This document shows positions 39,187-48,701 of a stretch of DNA of 64,000 nucleotides, in pieces; within the stretch, counting starts at the first letter, position 1; each line of letters opens with the position of its first letter. Source of the DNA: a virus (Duplodnaviria > Caudoviricetes); IMG/VR virus record IMGVR_UViG_3300044846_003474, positions 44,261 through 108,260 of that record; one strand, given 5' to 3'. The position numbers and the translations under genes are program-made. The notes under the pieces were generated by a model that saw only the letters and a list, made by a program, of their open reading frames with translations, searched no databases and was not told the DNA's origin.

Positions 39187-39780
39187 ATGAAAAAATTATT
39201 ACTAACACTATTATTAACATTACCATTATTTGTTTTTAGTCAGAAAACATTAAGAGATTCAATCTACATTAAAACAAATATGTTTGAGATTGTTTACTCC
39301 GAAAAATTACAACAACCAAAGTTTATTCGTTATACGGTACAATGTCCTAATGGATCCGCACCAAGAAAAGGTATGGATTTCTATACTTGTGATTCAATCC
39401 TTACCTCTGATGATAAAGATTATTTTAATAATCCATACGATAAAGGTCATATGGCACCTGCTGCCGACTTTAATTGTACAAAAGATTTGTTATTTAAAAC
39501 GTTCACATATCTAAATTGTTCATTACAACAAGAAAACCTTAACAGAACTACTTGGAGATTGTTAGAGGTTAGGGAAAGAGAATTGGCAAAAACAAATAAA
39601 ACCGTAATCGTTGAGATCCGTTGTATATATAGTACTAAATCAATTGTATTACCAACAGGTGCAACAGTGCCTGATGGATATATTAAAACAATAAAATATA
39701 GTAATAAAATTGAAAAATATTACTTCAAAAATGAAAAACCTTTATTCACTGACTTTACTAAATACATTATTAAAGGTTAG
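39187..39780 (+). CDS. Secreted DNA/RNA non-specific endonuclease
   Basis: Signal peptide; YDKGHMAPAAD...N...Q...LN...W..LE. Confidence 0.85.
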   Translation: MKKLLLTLLLTLPLFVFSQKTLRDSIYIKTNMFEIVYSEKLQQPKFIRYTVQCPNGSAPRKGMDFYTCDSILTSDDKDYFNNPYDKGHMAPAADFNCTKDLLFKTFTYLNCSLQQENLNRTTWRLLEVRERELAKTNKTVIVEIRCIYSTKSIVLPTGATVPDGYIKTIKYSNKIEKYYFKNEKPLFTDFTKYIIKG

Positions 39781-39806
39781 TGAGTATTTATATATAAACA
39801 AATATC

Positions 39807-40091
39807 ATGGCAGAGAATACAAACCCAATTTCAGGATTCGCAGATACGTTCTTATCTAAACTTAAAGAACAATCTTTTACCATTATTATTATGGTGGGAA
39901 TCATTTGGTATCAAGGTAGAATGATGGAAGAAAGAGTTGTTTATTGGCAAAAGCTATATGAAGAAAGTAAGGATTATATCCAACAAACAACGAAGGATGA
40001 TAGGGAAGAATTGTTAGAAAGAATAAACTATCTTCAAGATCAAAGAGACAAATATGTTGAGGATGCAATAAATGAATTAAAAGATAAATAA
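39807..40091 (+). CDS. TM + coiled-coil protein
   Basis: FTIIIMVGIIWY; TATTTAT upstream. Confidence 0.65.
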   Translation: MAENTNPISGFADTFLSKLKEQSFTIIIMVGIIWYQGRMMEERVVYWQKLYEESKDYIQQTTKDDREELLERINYLQDQRDKYVEDAINELKDK

Positions 40092-40094
40092 ATT

Positions 40095-40244
40095 ATGGAA
40101 ACAAACACAAATTTTGAAAACAATCAATCAGCAGAGGTACATTCAGATGAAATTAATAGACAGGCAAGAGAGACACAAGACGCATTAGATAGAGCGGCAA
40201 GAGACGCAGAAAAATCAAAATGGAATCCTAAAAATTGGTTTTAA
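40095..40244 (+). CDS. Small hypothetical protein (49 aa)
   Basis: METNTNF...KWNPKNWF*, fills the operon gap. Confidence 0.5.
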   Translation: METNTNFENNQSAEVHSDEINRQARETQDALDRAARDAEKSKWNPKNWF

Positions 40245-40246
40245 TA

Positions 40247-40702
40247 ATGAAAAAACTAATATTACTTTTTAGTATTATTTTGTTTAGTATGATCACATAT
40301 TCACAAGAATGTGTTCATGTTGATTCGGTATATTCTACGGCAAAACTAAAAGAACTTGGAAAAAGAGATATAAGATTTGGTATTAAACAAATTGTTGAGG
40401 ATGAACTATCTGAGAAATATTGTTTATCGGATCAAGGAAGTGATATTGGTGTTGAAGTTTATTATTTTGGATTACCTAAAACAACCGTGAGAGTTGTTGG
40501 TGTTGAGAAAACAAATACAACAACTCAGATCGGAGTTAAACTTCATTACAAAGGTAATTGTTATCAAGGTATCGGTGAATCAGATACTGAGATAAGGGCA
40601 ATTATGATTGAGGTACAAGAAGGATCAATTCCATTTGAAAAGATGACTGTTTCATCGGCACTTAAAAAGGCAATTCACGACGCAGTTATTAAATTACCAT
40701 GA
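40247..40702 (+). CDS. Secreted protein, distant CsgG-like paralog
   Basis: Signal peptide; FGIKQIVED...GIGES...SSALKKA echoes 35906..36646. Confidence 0.55.
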   Translation: MKKLILLFSIILFSMITYSQECVHVDSVYSTAKLKELGKRDIRFGIKQIVEDELSEKYCLSDQGSDIGVEVYYFGLPKTTVRVVGVEKTNTTTQIGVKLHYKGNCYQGIGESDTEIRAIMIEVQEGSIPFEKMTVSSALKKAIHDAVIKLP

Positions 40703-41154
40703 AAATATGTACACTTTTATTGTGTATGTTCACTTTTACCTCACTATTTGGTCAAATAAAAATAACTGATGTTGGTGATGGATGGAAAGGTAAAGTAGAA
40801 CAAGCTTTAGATACAATAAAAAAATACGATACCGAAAAGTATAATTTAGTTATTGGATCTTGTATGTTAGTTGGTTATTGGAACGAATCATTCTCCACAA
40901 CTGAAGGGGACACAACTATTCTGATATCAACAAAAGATATGGACTTCAATAACATCTATAATATCGCATCAATACTTGTTCATGAATCAATACATCTTTA
41001 CATCAAACAATTATATATTAAAGTTCCACCAAACAAAGAGGAAGTCCTTGCGTATCAATACGAGTTGGACTTCCTTAAAAAAATTCCTAATGTGGATCAA
41101 TGGTTAATTGATAATTCAATTAAAAAAATCATTTATTATTCAGGTGAAAATTAA
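40699..41154 (+). CDS. Secreted HExxH metalloprotease-like protein
   Basis: Signal peptide; LVHESIH...EEVLAY. Confidence 0.6.
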   Translation: MKICTLLLCMFTFTSLFGQIKITDVGDGWKGKVEQALDTIKKYDTEKYNLVIGSCMLVGYWNESFSTTEGDTTILISTKDMDFNNIYNIASILVHESIHLYIKQLYIKVPPNKEEVLAYQYELDFLKKIPNVDQWLIDNSIKKIIYYSGEN

Positions 41155-41259
41155 TTATCGTATTAAATTTACGTTTTTAAATTTTATTGGTTGTCTTTAA
41201 CTATATTAAATGAACATCTAATCTATTTCTTTTAACAATCGTTAGATTATTTTTATCTT

Positions 41260-41538
41260 ATGAAGAAAAATGAATTACTTGAGGACATAATTAACTCATC
41301 ATTATGTGGTCAACTTGACCTGATGTTTGGTGATGGCAGTTATGTTAAAGTTACCCATTTAAGTTATGTTCAAGGTCAAAAGAAATATATGGCTCACGTC
41401 AATTTATATATTTCAAATATTGAGGACGGTATGACATTTTATCCTGACGGTCTTGAGACTATAGTAAGATTGGGATGGAAAGTTATCGGTAGAAAACAAC
41501 CACTTATGATCTTACCATCCGTAGACATTAAAGATTAA
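41260..41538 (+). CDS. Hypothetical protein
   Basis: 92-aa ORF. Confidence 0.6.
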   Translation: MKKNELLEDIINSSLCGQLDLMFGDGSYVKVTHLSYVQGQKKYMAHVNLYISNIEDGMTFYPDGLETIVRLGWKVIGRKQPLMILPSVDIKD

Positions 41539-42125
41539 TCCCACCACCCTCTCATTCTTTCTTTCAATACTTTATGTAGAAGATCGTGAGCCTTTTCTTC
41601 ATTATGTTGTGCAACCCAAAAACATAAATCTTTTTTGTTAAGGTCAGGTTTTTCCTTTAATACTTTACGAACACTTGACGGATATTTTTTTATATATTCA
41701 TCGTAATTTTCTGAAATAACATCTTGTTCCAATGAGTAATGTTCGTTATCTCCTTCAATTGGTTCAAATCTAAATTTTGATTTAGAGTAATCAAGATATT
41801 CAATCCCATAATAATCTTCCTTAACTCTCTCAATTAAATTAAGAACAATTGTCATATCACGATTATCAAGGTCAACTTGTGTATGTCTATTAGAGTAGAT
41901 TATTTCTTGTCTTTGGAACTGAATTTTTTTTTGTAAGATGTTATAGATATGCCAGTGATCCCAATCTCTATCTTTAAAAATAGTTGGTGACCATTTAATA
42001 ACATTTTTACAACCTGTAAGGAACGATCTAATTCTCCAATGTAAGATTCTCCATATTCTTGCCGATAATGTTTTTCTACCCCAAGCGGAGTCTTTAGGTA
42101 TAATTAAGGGTTTAAAATTTCTCAT
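41535..42125 (-). CDS. Hypothetical phage protein
   Basis: DRDWD...GWWD; TATCTTTG promoter upstream. Confidence 0.7.
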   Translation of the reverse strand: MRNFKPLIIPKDSAWGRKTLSARIWRILHWRIRSFLTGCKNVIKWSPTIFKDRDWDHWHIYNILQKKIQFQRQEIIYSNRHTQVDLDNRDMTIVLNLIERVKEDYYGIEYLDYSKSKFRFEPIEGDNEHYSLEQDVISENYDEYIKKYPSSVRKVLKEKPDLNKKDLCFWVAQHNEEKAHDLLHKVLKERMRGWWD

Positions 42126-42196
42126 ACTACAAAGATATATAAAAAATAATAGAATAATAGTTTTTTAATGTCAAATAAAATTGTATATTTGTTATA

Positions 42197-42559
42197 GTGA
42201 GTAATCAAACAAAATATACTACGATGTCAAAAATTAGAAAAGAGGCTGAGTCATATAAAAACTCTTCATATAAAGAATTAAAAAAAGCAATTAGACAATA
42301 TAAGTTTTTATCTATTGCTAATACAGAAATTTTTAATTTTTTGTTTTACATAGTAACATTTGGTATACCTTTCTTATGTCTTTTTGGAATCACGGTTAAT
42401 ACCTTATTTTTTATGTTATTAATTCACTTTTCATTTTTTTGGGTATTTCTTTTTAAATACAAAAATTTTAAATTGGTTAGTGATGAAGATAGATATGAGA
42501 TTGATGAAATTGTAAAAATTTTAGAAGAATATCTAAAAGAAAATAAAAAAACCCCTTGA
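42197..42559 (+). CDS. Membrane protein
   Basis: Two TM helices; TATATTTG promoter upstream. Confidence 0.65.
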   Translation: MSNQTKYTTMSKIRKEAESYKNSSYKELKKAIRQYKFLSIANTEIFNFLFYIVTFGIPFLCLFGITVNTLFFMLLIHFSFFWVFLFKYKNFKLVSDEDRYEIDEIVKILEEYLKENKKTP

Positions 42560-42610
42560 GTTAAGGGGTTTTTTCTGTCTATTTATAATCTAATATATTT
42601 CCGATATAAA

Positions 42611-43192
42611 TCAATACGAGTTGAATCCATCCCCACGTTTACCTTTTGTATATGGAGTATCTAATCTGTTTGCTCTATCTGAATAACCTTTTAACGCCAC
42701 TACTAATCCTGCCGCAATCATTGCAACAGTTAGTGGACCCGTATATTCAGCGTATCCAAAAGATTGAAAAAACTCGTGAAGTTTAGTCATAAGTTCACTT
42801 TGAGACCATCCTGAAATTTGACTAACAAATCCAACCATTCCCGTAACTGCCGCTGAAATTCCCCCACCAATCATAGTTTTTTCTTTAAAATTTTTAAATC
42901 TACTTTTTAAATCTTCGTTAAGATAGTGTTCATTAATTTCAGGACCTACTTCTCTTGCCATGTGTCTCAATTCAGATTTGTCTTCTGAACTTATGTTAGG
43001 CAATAATTCAGTTTTAAAGAAATCAGCAATAAGGTCAACCGCCTCAGGTTTAGACAATTCTTCTTGTTCCTCACCATATTCCATATCATCTTCTTCATTA
43101 TATTCCATGCTCATGTCTTCTTGAGCTTGTTCTACCATTCTTTTAATTAAGGTAGTTAATTCACTTTCGGTTAATCTTATTTTTCTTTTCAT
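42611..43192 (-). CDS. Leader-bearing protein with C-terminal TM hairpin
   Basis: MKRKIRLTESELTTLIKRMVE. Confidence 0.75.
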   Translation of the reverse strand: MKRKIRLTESELTTLIKRMVEQAQEDMSMEYNEEDDMEYGEEQEELSKPEAVDLIADFFKTELLPNISSEDKSELRHMAREVGPEINEHYLNEDLKSRFKNFKEKTMIGGGISAAVTGMVGFVSQISGWSQSELMTKLHEFFQSFGYAEYTGPLTVAMIAAGLVVALKGYSDRANRLDTPYTKGKRGDGFNSY

Positions 43193-43241
43193 TTTTTTTG
43201 TTTTATTATAAATATTATGTTTTTATAAAAAAATTTATTTT

Positions 43242-44198
43242 TTATTGTTTAGGGGGAACATTTCCTTTAACTCCTTGTTGATATCCTTGAACAGCTCCTC
43301 GTACTCCTTGACCTAATCTTCCAAATGAGGTGTCAGCGGCCATTCCTAATGCGGTTCTAATATCTTTTTTAAGGTTTCTTGTTGTTTGATCACCACTTCT
43401 TTTTTCCAAATTATCTAAACCAGCTTCTCTTTGTTCAGCCGGTAGAGCTAAAATATATTTACCTGCCGGTGATTGAGACCAAGTTGCAACTTGAGATTGT
43501 TTTTGAAAATCTAAGTTTTTAATGTTTGGCATTAGTTTTTGTGCTTCACCAATTGCACCTAAGGCAAGTTGAGGAGGAGCTCCTCCACCACCTATTGTTG
43601 TTCCAGTAGGTGTTGTTCCAGTAGGTGTTGTTGATCCATTTGCGGTTACCGGGGTTATTGGTCCCGGTTTTAAAATTGGTGCCGGAGCCATAAGTTTAGT
43701 AAAACTACCATCACATAAAGCACTAACCAATTCTGTGTTAAATTGAGCTGATCCTTGTTGACAGTTTTTACTTCCATTACAATTCATTTGTTTCCATTGT
43801 TTTTGTGCGTTAACCAATGTCATTTTAGCCTTTGGGAGTAATTGGAATGGTGGAGTTGCCTTACACGCTTTAATGTCCGCAAATCCCATTGATTTAAAAT
43901 CAATCGCAGGTGCCGCAGGTGTGGGAGCTACAGTTGTTGTTGTAGTTGTGGATTTATCTTGTGGATTTTGTGCTTGTAAATAATCAGGAGTACCATTACC
44001 ATCTGAATCAGCATTAAATCCAGACAAACCTGGACCTGCGGGTGTTGTTGCAGTTGCCACGACAGGTTGATTTGGAGGAGGAGTTTGTTCTGATATAATG
44101 ACACCTTTTTTATAAGAAACAAGGTATTTCATCATATTTAATTCTTCACTTAATATTCTTTCTCTTTCATTTTTGCTAATCACTAAATTTTTTTTCAT
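43242..44198 (-). CDS. Leader-bearing Pro/Thr-rich protein
   Basis: ERERILSEELNMMKYLVSYKKGVIISEQ. Confidence 0.75.
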   Translation of the reverse strand: MKKNLVISKNERERILSEELNMMKYLVSYKKGVIISEQTPPPNQPVVATATTPAGPGLSGFNADSDGNGTPDYLQAQNPQDKSTTTTTTVAPTPAAPAIDFKSMGFADIKACKATPPFQLLPKAKMTLVNAQKQWKQMNCNGSKNCQQGSAQFNTELVSALCDGSFTKLMAPAPILKPGPITPVTANGSTTPTGTTPTGTTIGGGGAPPQLALGAIGEAQKLMPNIKNLDFQKQSQVATWSQSPAGKYILALPAEQREAGLDNLEKRSGDQTTRNLKKDIRTALGMAADTSFGRLGQGVRGAVQGYQQGVKGNVPPKQ

Positions 44199-44250
44199 TT
44201 TTTTCTAATTTTTATTGTTATATATAAATATATTAATCTTTAAAAAATTT

Positions 44251-44787
44251 TTAGTTTTTTAAAGATGGAATAACATCATCTTCAAAAAACATTTTTACTT
44301 CATGTTTCATACCTTCAATCTCATCTTGGAACCTTCCAACATTATCGTGAATACTTTTAGGGTCTTCATTTATATCGTAGAAATCAAAATCAATTAAGTA
44401 TCCCATTTTGTTTAAAAATAAACCACCAATGTATTCCTTATTTTTAAAATATATTGTACCATACAATGCCGTTTCATCTTCATTTTGTTCTTCGTAATCA
44501 AAAACAAATTCTATTTTTGGGATATGATTAAAAGAGGATGTGAATTTTTCACCTTCTCTATCATTATAACTTTTAAAAGGAGATCCTTCTTTATCATCAT
44601 AACTTTCAGAAGGATCAACAAACTCATCAGGTCTTCCTTTATGTTTAGAAAATGCATCTAAGTATCTTTTTTCATCAACACTTAAAGATTCGTACCCACC
44701 ATCACCAATTTTATCTAATATCCTATCAACCTCTTCTTGATTTTCAAGAAGAATACGATATTGACTCTCTGTGAGTATTATATTCAT
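44251..44787 (-). CDS. Leader-bearing protein
   Basis: MNIILTESQYRILLE; VDRILDKI...GYESLS..EK. Confidence 0.7.
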   Translation of the reverse strand: MNIILTESQYRILLENQEEVDRILDKIGDGGYESLSVDEKRYLDAFSKHKGRPDEFVDPSESYDDKEGSPFKSYNDREGEKFTSSFNHIPKIEFVFDYEEQNEDETALYGTIYFKNKEYIGGLFLNKMGYLIDFDFYDINEDPKSIHDNVGRFQDEIEGMKHEVKMFFEDDVIPSLKN

Positions 44788-44788
44788 T

Positions 44789-45877
44789 TTATTTACAAAG
44801 TTCTCCGTCTTGTGCTGATTCCAATGCGTCCGCAATAGCATTTAATGTTTCAGGACCAACTTTACCATCTTCTCCAATTTTTTTAGAATAACAACTATTA
44901 ATTTTCTTTTGAAGTTCTAAAACAGATCCTGATTTAAATGAACTTGAATTATTGTCAACAATATAATCAATAATTGCACCTGCGGTTTCTTTTCCTATCT
45001 GACCATCCGCTGATATATCATATCCTTCGTCAGTTAAAAATTTTTGTATATCTTTTATTTTAGCATTTACAGGTTTTATATTACCGTTTCTATTTTCTTT
45101 ATCTGCAAAATCAACATTAGCAAACTCTTTGTCTTCACATGAATAATCTACTTCAACACCTTTACGTAATTTTTTACCATTACCCATATAGTAATCAGTT
45201 CCAATTCTAAAACGAGTTCTTTTACCGTCGGCAAATTTTTCACCCATTGCTTTTGGATGTTCAATAACACACATATACATATTCCAATTATCCTCAGTAC
45301 CACCCCCACCAGGAGTAACTTTTATAGGGTCTACTTTAACATCAGATTTTTTTTCAATTAATTTAGTACTATATCTAATAACATCAACAACAGGTGATAC
45401 TAAATATCGTCTATATTCCTCGTTTTTAAAAAAATCTGCATCCATTGATTCGAAGAAGTCCTCATATTTAGCACTATAACTAGAAATCATATAACAGAAA
45501 TCAGGAAAACTTTTAGTATTACGTATACCATTTGCTACTTTTTTCTCATTAGTTCCAGCACCAAAAGAAATAAACGAATCCCATTCTTCTATTGCATTAT
45601 ATATATTTTCAGCAATACCATCTAAAGCACTTTCACTTTGAGTTATTGGTCCTAACCCTTCTTTACCTGACGTACATACATTACAAATAGATTCAAATCT
45701 GTCTTCAGGATCTGTTTCATTTTCTGTGTATTTTAATTGATCGGCAACGTCTTGTGTGATAGCACCAGGAGATAAACTATTAGTTACTTTATCTTCTTCA
45801 TTAAGTCGTCTTTCATTAAGGACTTTAGTTACGATTCTTTTAAGATCGTTTTCGTTTAATTTAATTATTTTTGCCAT
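44789..45877 (-). CDS. Leader + annexin-like repeat + two peptidoglycan-binding domains
   Basis: IIKLNENDLKRIVTKVLNE; GAGTNEKKV; DGQIGKET and DGKVGPET. Confidence 0.65.
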   Translation of the reverse strand: MAKIIKLNENDLKRIVTKVLNERRLNEEDKVTNSLSPGAITQDVADQLKYTENETDPEDRFESICNVCTSGKEGLGPITQSESALDGIAENIYNAIEEWDSFISFGAGTNEKKVANGIRNTKSFPDFCYMISSYSAKYEDFFESMDADFFKNEEYRRYLVSPVVDVIRYSTKLIEKKSDVKVDPIKVTPGGGGTEDNWNMYMCVIEHPKAMGEKFADGKRTRFRIGTDYYMGNGKKLRKGVEVDYSCEDKEFANVDFADKENRNGNIKPVNAKIKDIQKFLTDEGYDISADGQIGKETAGAIIDYIVDNNSSSFKSGSVLELQKKINSCYSKKIGEDGKVGPETLNAIADALESAQDGELCK

Positions 45878-45883
45878 GTTTTT

Positions 45884-46267
45884 TTATTTTTTAGTTAGAT
45901 ATAATTGACCATATGTTTGTTTAGTTGTTGGTTCAATTGATTTCCATAGTTTACCCAACGCATTATTACAAAATTTTGTTGGTGGATTTTTCCATCTTGG
46001 ATCAGATAATTTAATACCACTAACCGCATTATTGGCGTATGTGGTTTTTACCCATGTTCTAAATTTACCTTCATCTTCTAATGTTTTAAGTTCGGGCGCC
46101 GCAACACAAGTACTAACTTGTTGTGTTCCATCCACTGGCGCAATTGTTTCAGGGGGGATTTGCACCAAATCAAAAAATCCTTCATCTTCTTTTAGTAATG
46201 AAAATTTTTCATTGATATGCATTGATCGTATTCTTAATTTTTCTTCTTCAGTTATTAAACTTTTCAT
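45884..46267 (-). CDS. Leader-bearing protein
   Basis: MKSLITEEEKLRIRSMH. Confidence 0.7.
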   Translation of the reverse strand: MKSLITEEEKLRIRSMHINEKFSLLKEDEGFFDLVQIPPETIAPVDGTQQVSTCVAAPELKTLEDEGKFRTWVKTTYANNAVSGIKLSDPRWKNPPTKFCNNALGKLWKSIEPTTKQTYGQLYLTKK

Positions 46268-46352
46268 AATTTATAGTTTTATAATAAATATATCGTTATT
46301 TTGCTTTTACATTATTAAATATATAATATATACTTAAAAAAAAGAATATATT

Positions 46353-46778
46353 ATGAAAAAAGTTTTAAATGACAGTACCGTTACGGTACATTACACTGGA
46401 AAATTAGAAGATGGGACAATTTTTGACACATCTTTGGCTGAAGGTAGAGAACCATTAACAACAAATTTAGGTCAAGGACAACTTATTAAAGGGTTTGAGT
46501 CAGGTCTTATTGATATGTTAGAGGGTGATAAAAAAACAATTGAGATTGAACCTATTGACGCTTATGGTGAGCATGTTGAAGATATGATCATTGAAGTTAC
46601 TAAGGATAAAGTTCCTGAAGGAGTTGGGGTTGGTCAAGTTTTACAAACGGTAGGACCTATGGGGCCTAGTTTTGTAAAAGTTATGGAAATTAAAGATGAG
46701 GTTGTGGTAATTGATGCCAATCACCCATTGGCCGGTAAAAAATTAATTTTTGAACTTGAGGTTGTTGGTATTTCTTAA
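46353..46778 (+). CDS. FKBP-type peptidyl-prolyl isomerase (SlyD/FkpB-like, no His tail)
   Basis: VHYTGKLEDGTIFDTS, GQLIKGFE, AYG, DANHPLAGKKL.F. Confidence 0.9.
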   Translation: MKKVLNDSTVTVHYTGKLEDGTIFDTSLAEGREPLTTNLGQGQLIKGFESGLIDMLEGDKKTIEIEPIDAYGEHVEDMIIEVTKDKVPEGVGVGQVLQTVGPMGPSFVKVMEIKDEVVVIDANHPLAGKKLIFELEVVGIS

Positions 46779-46803
46779 TACCAACAACTTTTAAGTTGTT
46801 TAA

Positions 46804-47397
46804 TTACACTTCTCCCCATTTAAGGTTTTTTCTACATCCACTTCCGTTACCGCTATCTTTCATTACAATAATAGCAATGATAGTTATAAGTATAATTGCA
46901 CCAATCGCAATTAATGATGACCAACCTACCATAACGGTACCAATCATAATTCCACCTGTCACAATTTGCTCATCAAGTTCTTCAGGTTCTGATGTGTCTC
47001 CAGATTTATTTTTTACAATAGCCATTTTGATACCTTTCTTAACATTCTTAAGAACTTCCCATAATGAGTTCGCCCCCTTTTCTTTTTTTAATCTAAGTAA
47101 CTCAGACTTAACTTTTGACATGATATTATCATTTTCTTGGTTACCAGTAACAATATCACAAACCTGATCATTAGAAACAACATCATCAACACTTGGTACA
47201 TTACTTGCAACCTCACCCAATGAAGAATCATTAACAACTTCTTTTTCAAATATGGATTGGATCTTTTCTTTTGACATAGAACCCATTCCCGACTCTTCTG
47301 AGTCTATATCCGTCTGTTCTGATATAATGACTCCTCTTTTATAAGAAACGAGGTATTTCATCATATTTAATTCTTCATTTAATATTCGTCTTTCCAT
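46804..47397 (-). CDS. Leader-bearing protein with C-terminal TM
   Basis: LNEELNMMKYLVSYKRGVIISEQ; hydrophobic segment after LDEQ. Confidence 0.7.
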   Translation of the reverse strand: MERRILNEELNMMKYLVSYKRGVIISEQTDIDSEESGMGSMSKEKIQSIFEKEVVNDSSLGEVASNVPSVDDVVSNDQVCDIVTGNQENDNIMSKVKSELLRLKKEKGANSLWEVLKNVKKGIKMAIVKNKSGDTSEPEELDEQIVTGGIMIGTVMVGWSSLIAIGAIILITIIAIIVMKDSGNGSGCRKNLKWGEV

Positions 47398-47699
47398 AAT
47401 TTCATATTTTTAACATAAGCCTTTTCAGCATACTCAATAAAGTTATCACCATATATTCTTGCAAGTCTATCCATCATCAACTGAGGATTTTTTCTCATAT
47501 ATCTCAATACATCATTTGGAATCTGATCCTCGTATTTACCAAACATATTTTGTATTTGTTTTTCTCTTGGGATCATCCTAACGTTTGGTTCCACAGTAAA
47601 TGAATTATCTCTTGGTTCATCCAAAAATTCATTTTCATTTAAAATGTTTTTGATAATCTTAGTTAAATTAGATTCTGTTAAGCGTACAACCTTATTCAT
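47379..47699 (-). CDS. Leader-bearing protein
   Basis: MNKVVRLTESNLTKIIKNILNE. Confidence 0.75.
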   Translation of the reverse strand: MNKVVRLTESNLTKIIKNILNENEFLDEPRDNSFTVEPNVRMIPREKQIQNMFGKYEDQIPNDVLRYMRKNPQLMMDRLARIYGDNFIEYAEKAYVKNMKLWKDEY

Positions 47700-47742
47700 A
47701 TAATTGATTTACTATATAAATATAAGTGATTTTGGAAAATAT

Positions 47743-47922
47743 TTACAATTTAGAAGCTGACTCCATAATGAATCTCATTTTCTTTTCCAATTCATGGATA
47801 CGTTGTCTTTGACTATCGTTAAGTTCAAAATTTTCACCTTTAATTGAAGATACTTGATTACTTAGTTGGTCGTACTCGTACATAAATCTGTCGTACTGTT
47901 GCGCTTTTTGATTTTCGTTCAT
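47743..47922 (-). CDS. Small coiled-coil protein (59 aa)
   Basis: MNENQKAQQYDRF...SASKL*. Confidence 0.55.
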   Translation of the reverse strand: MNENQKAQQYDRFMYEYDQLSNQVSSIKGENFELNDSQRQRIHELEKKMRFIMESASKL

Positions 47923-47985
47923 AATTAAATTATAGTTTTTGTTGTTAAAAAGGAAATAAAAAATCCCTCTTGTGGAGGGATTATG

Positions 47986-48564
47986 TTATTTTTTAACGGT
48001 TTTAAGTACATCCCAAATTGCTTTCATTGTCATTGGTCCGATTTTACCATCAGCACCCATTGGCCCAATTTCTTTACCTAATTCTACTAATTTATTCTGT
48101 ATATTTACTGAGGTAGAAGAAATTACATCATTTCGACCCTTTATATTGCATTTCCACCCTGAAGCCTCATATCCTTTCACATCAATTCCCCATCCACATT
48201 TCTTAGCATTAATCAATAAACGTTCTTTTGAGTCAGGTTTACCAAATTTAAGGGTTCCATCCGCAGCGCAAAAATAATCAACCATTTTTATATTAATTGT
48301 ATCCGTGTTACCAGGGACACCAGGTTGAAGTTGTGCTCTATTGTTATTAAAGTACAAATTACCTTGCTTGTCTGTAATAGAAGATCCTCCACCATCACCA
48401 GTACCAACATCCCCTAAATTTTGTACACAAAGAGGATATTCTTCTTTAGTTTTACCATCGGACTCAGTTATTAATGAACCATTTTGTTCTGAAATTACTT
48501 TACCTTTTTTATAATCAAAAAGATATTTGATTAAATTTAATTCTTCGTTTATTTGATTTTTCAT
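47986..48564 (-). CDS. Leader + Cys module + peptidoglycan-binding motif
   Basis: INEELNLIKYLFDYKKGKVISEQ; IQNKL...ADGKIGPMT. Confidence 0.7.
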   Translation of the reverse strand: MKNQINEELNLIKYLFDYKKGKVISEQNGSLITESDGKTKEEYPLCVQNLGDVGTGDGGGSSITDKQGNLYFNNNRAQLQPGVPGNTDTINIKMVDYFCAADGTLKFGKPDSKERLLINAKKCGWGIDVKGYEASGWKCNIKGRNDVISSTSVNIQNKLVELGKEIGPMGADGKIGPMTMKAIWDVLKTVKK

Positions 48565-48701
48565 TATTTTTTATTTTTTAGTCTTTTTATTACTTCTTCG
48601 GTTTTATTAATCCTTTTTAAATTTTTTGCAAGATTTCTACGATTTCTTTTACCTTTACCTTCTTCTTTCGCTTTTGACATAGTTTTTTTATTATAAATAT
48701 A

